In this document: positions 56,143 through 64,000 of the stretch, in pieces | Layout: the number at the start of each line of letters is the position of its first letter | How positions within the stretch are numbered: the first letter of the stretch is position 1 | Source: Octopus vulgaris | Taxonomy: Eukaryota | DNA length: 64,000 nt | Assembly: GCA_951406725.2 (NCBI GenBank) | Contig: OX597823.1 | Location: 30,318,001-30,382,000 of the forward strand | Direction of reading: 5' to 3' | Translations under genes and position numbers: made by a program | Notes under the pieces: generated by a model | Told to the model about the DNA's origin: nothing | Databases searched by the model: none | What the model saw: only the letters and a program-made list of their open reading frames with translations

Positions 56143-56832
56143 GGAGGAGGAGGAGGAGGAGGAGGAGGAGGAAGACGGTGACGACCACGACGACTACAAC
56201 GTCGGCGACGGCAGCAAGGAAGACGACGGCGGAAGTACCTCGGGTGGCAGTAATGGCACTGATGATAGGCGGGATGCTAATGGAGGAATTATGATGATGA
56301 CAACAACAACAACAGCGATGACAGCAGCAATGACGAGTAAGAAAACTTCATAGAATCATCTGAAAATATCTTGGTTGGTCCCACTGTGTATGTTTTTTTT
56401 TTGTTTTTTGTTTTTTTTCCTCATTCTATAACTGTCGAGGGGCTCATTTTATCTATGGCAGACATTTACAGACATGATTTTCTTTATGTTAACCGTGACT
56501 TGCTTCTTCTCCATTACAAAGTTTTCGCACCGAGCGAAGCAACCAGAAAGAAACTCATCTGGTTTACATATTTCCATGTCCATCATTATTGTAATAAACA
56601 GAGTTGTAAACCTACCTGCAAGCGATTCTAGATGTGTTTTTGGTATCGTATATGTCTTTTGCTGGGTTGCCAGATACATTCGTTCGGGGTTTTTTTCTTT
56701 TTTTTTTACCTGCTCCGTCCTACAAAAACCAAAAACATGTACGATAAAACATTTTTATCGTACATTCGAAGCTTTCTTCCAAGGGATCTAATGCGCTTGG
56801 CTTAGATTTCCCTTGGAGGCTGCCCAGTCGGA

Positions 56833-56893
56833 GCAATTTCAAGATTAATCAGCCGAAATTGCGAAGATGATCCGGTTCTTGACTGATGACTGA
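56833..56893 (+). ncRNA. Candidate non-circularly permuted hammerhead-like motif
   Basis: GCAAU-U-UCAAGA ... UCAG-CC-GAAA-UUGC ... UCUUGA-CUGAUGA-CUGA; stems I and III perfect, stem II with 2-nt insertion. Confidence 0.45.
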
Positions 56894-57368
56894 GGGCTTC
56901 GAATGTCCCGTCCTGTGGTTCTTGTGTCGTCTTCTAGGTGTTTCACGTTCTTGTCCCAGTTTGTATATATTTTTTACTTTTTACATATATATATATATAT
57001 ACGATAAAACATTTTTATCGTACTTGTTTTTATTTTAATCCTTACATTTCATCAACAGTTTTAACAAATATATCACCCAAATATATCTGGTAGACAGAAC
57101 TGCATGGAAACTCGTCACATATGTATGGGGAAGGCGCGAGTTCGACTATGAGTATGTGCACGAGGTCGCGTTTATGAGTAGCTGGAATATATTTAATACA
57201 TATTGCTAGGAGACACAGGAGGTATAGAATAAATATAGATGAGAAATATCAAATACATATAACCGCGACATATGAAACACATACACTTGGGTGATATACG
57301 ATAAGACATTTTTATCGTACTTGATTTTGGTTTTTGTAACCCTATTCTTCCTCTACAACTTTTGTTAA

Positions 57369-58135
57369 TCATTTCTGAAATTTGAATGAATTTTTACCTC
57401 TTTTCAGACATATGATGATGAAGTGCCAAGTGGGAAAAAAAATGAGCCTGTTCGACACCTGCTTCTCTTCGCTTTCAGAAGGTTCCAATGCTGCCAAAGC
57501 CGTTCGAAACATTTGTGTTGTAAATGGAAAAAGGAGGTAATACTGAAATAACTGCACAGAGATTGCTGCAGGCCTCAAGGAGGGGAAATTCGACCACGCA
57601 CACTCTCCGCGTCCCAACCTACTTGCTCAGTTCAATGAGGATCGATTGAACGAGATTATCTAAGAGGATCCGCGCCAGTCCACTAAGGAATAAGCTTAGC
57701 AGACGGGGTTACTTTGTCACCCGTTACTTTCATTCAATTTGCAAGGTCTAAGAAGGACAACGTTCGCTTTCATGTCGCTAATTTGACCAAAAAGTTGCAT
57801 TATAGGAAAATTCAATTGGAACGTTCCACAGCTCTCGCAGAATTCTCTTGATATAATACTTTCAGATTCTTGACTTTTCCGGTCGCTCTCCAGTTTTCTG
57901 CGAAGCATTTTGTTCAACAATACTGTGGGGCTGAAAACGTGGCTTGACGAATTATTCGAGTCAAGACCCGCTGATTTCTGCCATCAAAGCATTGACAAGC
58001 TTGAGGAACTTTAGCAAGAAGTGAACAATGAAGGAGATTATATTTGTTAAAACTGTTGGTTTGTTAAAACTGTTGATGAAATATAAGGATTAAAATAAAT
58101 AGGAAGAAAGCGAACGAATTAATCTGACAACCCAA
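57369..58135 (+). mobile_element. Internally deleted mariner relic
   Basis: RHLLLFAF..GSNAAKAVRNIC..KEGKFD..SPR N-terminus; KTWLDELFESRPADF..GI-like C-terminus; TIR-like end gacaacccaa-TA. Confidence 0.8.
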
Positions 58136-58937
58136 TACAATCCTGATTAATTTCTCCTCTCGTTTATGTCCACTTCAACCTTGGTTATTTTTGTTGTCTC
58201 ATTTTGGTTATTTTTGTTGTTGTCTCATTTTGATTTATTCTGTTTTAATTTTGTGTATGTGGAATTTTTTTCTATTGTAATCTTAACATTGTGTAGGATT
58301 TTGAGACCTGTTGTCTTCGTCTCATTCATCTTTTGATTTTATTTCTGTCACAGTGTACGATTTCTTGAAATATCATTACATATCACATATTACGGGAACA
58401 CAGAAATGTCTGGTTAAGGAACTCGCTTTGCAACCACGTCAGCTTAAGCAAGTGTCTTCTACTATAACGTAGGGCCGAGCAATGCCTTGTGAATGAATTT
58501 GGTAGACAGAAACCGCATGGAAACTCGTGACATATGTATGGGGAAGGCGCGAGTTCGACTATGAGTATGTGCACGAGGTCGCGTTTGTGAGTAGCTGGAA
58601 TATATTTAATACATATTGCTAGGAGACACAGGAGGTATAGAATAAATATAGATGAGAAATATCAAATACATATAACCGCGACATATGAAACACATACACT
58701 TGGGTGATATCTAACGCATATACATATATTTTTATCCCATAGCAATTTATCTCTTTCAACTCATAGCTTGATGAGCAATACGAAACCTGCCCTTACTTCA
58801 ATTATGTTGAAAGAACAAAACTTTATTTTGTACAAAATTGTATATCTTTATTATCATAGCTCTAAATTACTCTTAAATCCTGTAAAACAAATTTTCTGTG
58901 TTTTTTCATCTTTTCTCTTTGTCTCTTTCTCTCTCTA

Positions 58938-58990
<53 letters not shown>

Positions 58991-59035
58991 TTACATACAT
59001 ACATGTGTGTGTGTGCAATATATTTATCACGTATA

Positions 59036-59262
59036 AGGCGAGCTGGCAGAATCGTTAGCACGCCGGGCGAAATGCTTGGCGGTATTTCGTCTGTCTTTAC
59101 GCTCTGAGTTCAACTTCTGCCAAGGTCGACTTTGTCTTTCATTCTTTCGGACTCGGTAAAATAAGTACGAGTTGAGTACTGGGGTCGATGTAATCGACTT
59201 AACCAACCACCCCACCACACACACACATGAAATTGCTGGCCTTCTGTCAAAATTTGAAACCA
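59036..59262 (+). mobile_element. SINE family A
   Basis: Family head and body. Confidence 0.85.
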
Positions 59263-59547
59263 TTATGTTTCACAAACGTGGTGTACGTGGTTGACTTGTT
59301 TTTCATAGAATTTTCGATTAATTAGACTTTGTAAATATATTTATAGAATTTTTGTTCCTTATTTTTGGAGTTGTTTATTTTTATTTTCGGGAAATTCTAA
59401 CTTAAGAGAGCTTGACTTCTTTTTGTGAGCTACTTATAAAAAAAAATAAGAGAAGAAAATAAACAAATATATTTGTCACTTGTAATTTAGTCTTTCAAAA
59501 AATGACATGAAACAAACAAAAATGCTTCGGAAATAAAATTAGATATT

Positions 59548-59707
59548 GGCGTAGGTGTGACTGTGTGGTAAGAAGCTTGCTTCCTAACCACATGATTCCA
59601 GGTTCAGTTTCACTGCGTGGCACTTTGGGCAAGTGTCTTCTACAACTGCCTCAGACCAACCAAAGCCATGTGAGTGGATTTGGTAGACAGAAACTGAAAG
59701 AAGCTTG

Positions 59708-59781
<74 letters not shown>

Positions 59782-59930
59782 GTCTGTGTTTGTGCCCCAC
59801 CACCACTTGACAACCGGTGTTGGTGTGTTTATGTCCGCGTAACCAAACTCGTTCGACTAAAAATACTTCAAAGCGGTGCCCCAGCATGGCGACAAGTGTA
59901 AAGACTGGAGCGAGTAAAAGATAAAAAGAT
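59548..59930 (+). mobile_element. SINE family B
   Basis: Family head, internal (TG)n, tail. Confidence 0.82.
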
Positions 59931-60246
59931 ACGTCAATCAGGGAATATTATCTTCTCCACACACACACCTCTGGTGTACATTTTCTGTCCAACTCTAAAA
60001 GTGTAGGAGTTAGAGTGACACTGTGAATCCTACACACTATCCATAGAACGAAAATCTAGTATAGAATCGCCTCTGGTTATGTGGAGGACCTCTCATTCTG
60101 TAAAGTGTATGCTTCTTGAGTAGCAATAATGCTTGTCTGAGGTCATGCTCTGACATTCCTGGGTGAATATGACCCTCTTGATATTTGATGCCGTTAAACT
60201 TAATGTTACATTAAAGGAATGCAATGATATAATGATGATGATGATG

Positions 60247-60295
<49 letters not shown>

Positions 60296-60467
60296 TAATA
60301 ATAATAATGACGTTGGTCCAAACTGGATGAGATTCCTATGTTTCCGATGCTCTCTTCAAATGGTAGCTGCTGTCACGTTTGAGCTGTTACGTCAGTGACA
60401 TCTATTGGCTACAACGGTGTACGTGCGTGTGTGTGTGTGTGAGTATTTATGTATATGTATGTAAGCA

Positions 60468-60503
<36 letters not shown>

Positions 60504-60534
60504 TGTGTCTGTGTCTGTGTCTGTGTCTCTGTGT

Positions 60535-60583
<49 letters not shown>

Positions 60584-60939
60584 GTCAGATCTGCGAGTTT
60601 ACTCGGAATCCGGTGACGACAATTTAACCTTCATTTAGCTAAGGCTGACCTATTTGTTGTTAATGAACAATTATTAACTTCCTAATCTCCACTTTCTTTT
60701 CTTATATATATAAATATTACCTTTTGTTTTTTACCTATTTCAATCATTGTACACTGGTCATGCTGGAGTACCGTTCTAAAGAGTTTAGTTGAACACATCA
60801 AACCCAGTATTCTTTAAATCTGGTACTTATTCAATCGCTCTCCTTTTGCCAACACGCGCTTACAAGAAGACGAACGCAAACGCAAGGACACAAACATATC
60901 GTATATATATATATAAATGTGTGTGTGGATGGATGGATG

Positions 60940-60972
<33 letters not shown>

Positions 60973-62345
60973 CCGCTGGAGTGGCTGTGTGGTAAGTAGC
61001 TTGCTTAGCAACCACATGGTTCCGGGTTCAGTCCCACTGCGTGGCACTTTGGGCAAGTGCCTTCTACTATAGCCTCGGGCCAACCAAAGCCTTGTAAATG
61101 GATTTGGTAGACGGAAACCGAAAGAAGCTCGTCGTATGTATATCTGTATATATATATATACATATATATGTACCTTCGAAACACGCATTGAGTCGAAACA
61201 GGGGCAGCTGAAGAAGGGGAATGTTCTTTGTGTTGTTTGTCTTGTACTCTGTTTTTTCGTTGTTAAAAAAAGTCCGTTTCCTTGTTTGGTTTTATGTTTT
61301 CGTTTAGTTGTGGTGTTCTGTACTCATATATGCATGTATATATACATATAGATGTAGGTATGTACATATATGTATGTATGTATGCATATGTTTTATTTAT
61401 TAAATTGTTATTATATATATATGTGTGTGTGTATATGTTTGTGTGCCTGTTTATGTCCCCGTCACTTAGCGGTTCGGCAAAAGGGACCAATAGAATAAGT
61501 ACTAGGCTTACAAAGAATGAATCCTGGGGTCCATTTGTTCGACTAAAAGCGGTGCTCCAGCATGGCCGCAGTCAAGTTAATGAAGCAAATAAAAGAATAT
61601 ATATATATATTTCAATCATTTGACTGTGGCCATTCTGAAGCACCGCCTTAACGAGTTTTAGTCAAAGAAATCGATCCCAGGACTTATTCTTTGCAAGCTC
61701 AGTACTTATTCAGTATGCATAGCTTTCGAGCGATTCCTGCTGATGTTTCTTTACTTATACGAAACTGCTGTGATATATTTAACAGCTAATGCATATTAAA
61801 CTTCAAATGAAAAATTTTTATGTGATAAACTTTTGATGTGATATAATTTTAAAATTTTCAGATATTCTTGAGTATTTCAAACGAAACCTTTGCAATCATT
61901 TATTCTTAATGAAAAGAACTGAACAAAGGCGGTAGAGAGCAACAGACAGAGGGAGGGAGGGAGAGAGAGAGAGAGAGAGGGTGAGGAACGGAGGGAGGGA
62001 CATAGAAAGAAAGGGAGAGAGAGTGAGAGAGAGAGGGCGTGATAAATACTGAATGGATGCAGATCTTGATAGAAAATGTATGATGTTATAACAATGAGTG
62101 AGAAAAAGTTGTAAGGATATAGAAATAATAAAAATAAAATAGGAATAGATGCCGTAAAAATAGAAGAGACGGATAGAGAGACAAACAGACAGACAGCGTT
62201 GCAAGGAAACAGCAGATAAGTAGAAGAAATGGAACACAAATTGAATACTTTAAAAAGTGTATGCCGCAGTGAATAAAAATTAGTTTTCTAACTAGCGTGT
62301 CGTTGAAATCTTAAATGACAAAAATGTCTGGAAAGGCACATTTTG

Positions 62346-62384
<39 letters not shown>

Positions 62385-62407
62385 GTGTGTGTGTGTGTAT
62401 GTATATA

Positions 62408-62461
<54 letters not shown>

Positions 62462-62619
62462 CACACATAGTCAGAAACTAATTTTACTTATATACATATA
62501 CATATATATATATATATATGCATATATATACATACATATATATATACATACATATATGTATATATATATATATATATACATATATATGTATATATATATA
62601 CATATATGTATACATATAT

Positions 62620-62684
<65 letters not shown>

Positions 62685-63079
62685 CATGTATGTGTGCGTG
62701 TGTGTATTATTCTTTTATTCTTTTACTTGTTCCAGACATTCGACGGCGGCCATGCTACAGCACCGCCTTTCAAAGTGTTTTAGTTGAACATATCGACTAC
62801 AGGACTTATTTTTCAAGTCTAGTATATATTCTAACGTTCTCTTTTTCCGAACCGCTAAGTTACGGGGGACGTAAACAGACCAACAACGGGTTGTCAGGCA
62901 GTGATGGTGAGGTAGGGACAATCGCAAAGGCACACACACATGGAAACCATTTCCCACAGACAGCAGACTAAGTGACTCTTGTTTACTGATCGTGTTCCGA
63001 GAACCCTGCCGAGAGCCTTTGCAGTTCCAAGTAATGTTAATTTTTGTCGGTGTTCAACCTTTACTTTTGTACCAATAGT

Positions 63080-63456
63080 GGAGGCGCAATGGCCCAGTGG
63101 TTAGGGCAGCGGACTCGCGGTCATAGGATCGCGGTTTCGATTCCCAGACCGGGCGTTGTGAGTGTTTATTGAGCGAAAACACCTAAAGCTCCACGAGGCT
63201 CCGGCAGGGGATGGTGGTGATCCCTGCTGTACTCTTTCACCACAACTTTCTCTCACTCTTACTTCCTGTTTCCGTTCTACCTGTATTTCAAAGGGCCGGC
63301 CTTGTCACTCTCTGTGTCACGCTGAATATCCCCGAGAACTACGTTAAGGGTACACGTGTCTGTGGAGTGCTCAGCCACTTACACGTTAATTTCACGAGCA
63401 GGCTGTTCCGTTGATTCGGATCAACCGGAACCCTCGTCGTCGTAACCGACGGAGTA
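63080..63456 (+). mobile_element. Full-length tRNA-derived SINE (tRNA-Arg-like head)
   Basis: tggcccagtggttagggcagcggactcgcgg A-box, ggtttcgattccc B-box, ~300-bp body; relatives at 13600..13900 and ~42115..42400. Confidence 0.85.
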
Positions 63457-63479
63457 CTTCCAACCATGTACCAATACTT

Positions 63480-64000
63480 TTCAGCCACGTTGGTAGTTGG
63501 GCGCTGATATTTCCAAGTGCACCAATCACTATTTTTATCAAGTCTACTTTCTCCATTGCCCACAAACTGCGTATTTCTCACTTTAATTCATCATAGTTAT
63601 TCGTTTTTTTTCTTCTTTCTCTTCAATTTCCTTGTCACCATGACATGCAATATCAATTATCAGGTAATTTTTTCTTTTTCTTTTCTGTTCACTACAACGA
63701 TGTCAGATTTTGTTGTTCAATCTGATGGTCTCACTAAATCGTTGTATCCTATTGCATTTTGCAATCTTCATTCTCAGTAACTCCTTCTGGAATTTGGCCA
63801 TACCACGTTTTTGATCTTTCTGGGTTATAATTTCCATGGAGCTCCCAAGAGATGATTCTTTTTTTGTGTGTGTTTTATTACCTCTTCCAATTTCTCTTCC
63901 TCAACGCAGTTATCAGTTTTGATGATGGTGGTCTTCTTCACAACTATTAACAATGGTTCCAGGGCATTTCTTTCATCCCACCCTAAATTGTTTTCCACTG
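63480..64000 (-). mobile_element. Degenerate R4/Dong-like LINE fragment
   Basis: KTWYGQIPEGVTENEDCK..KSDIVVV..LIIDIAC..NYDELK*EIRSLWAM..IVIGALG RLE C-terminus with stops. Confidence 0.8.

Overview
AT-rich, microsatellite-saturated eukaryotic DNA; the SINE families and (AT)/(CA)/(TAA)/(GATA) load suggest a coleoid cephalopod such as Octopus (inference). One credible protein-coding ORF: an uninterrupted 470-aa RING (C3HC4) plus NHL-like beta-propeller, TRIM-like E3 ligase at 43849..45261 (-). Nearly all other listed ORFs are microsatellite translations. The rest is transposon debris: several tRNA-derived SINE families, R4/Dong-like LINE pieces almost always sitting in (TAA)n tracts, Tx1/L1-like and RTE fragments, Tc1/mariner relics, pogo/Tigger-type MITEs, non-autonomous Helitrons and long fold-backs. 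The main hidden signal is RNA structure: about a dozen hammerhead-ribozyme-like motifs from several distinct short repeat families of Penelope-like pLTR/retrozyme type. They include intact type I cores (11472..11565, 16390..16435), an element joining a tRNA-like Pol III promoter to a hammerhead, and a candidate with non-circularly permuted strand order (56833..56893). A 38-nt piece of the RING gene is also captured at the 5' junction of a nearby SINE. All structures were folded by eye; none is experimentally or computationally verified.
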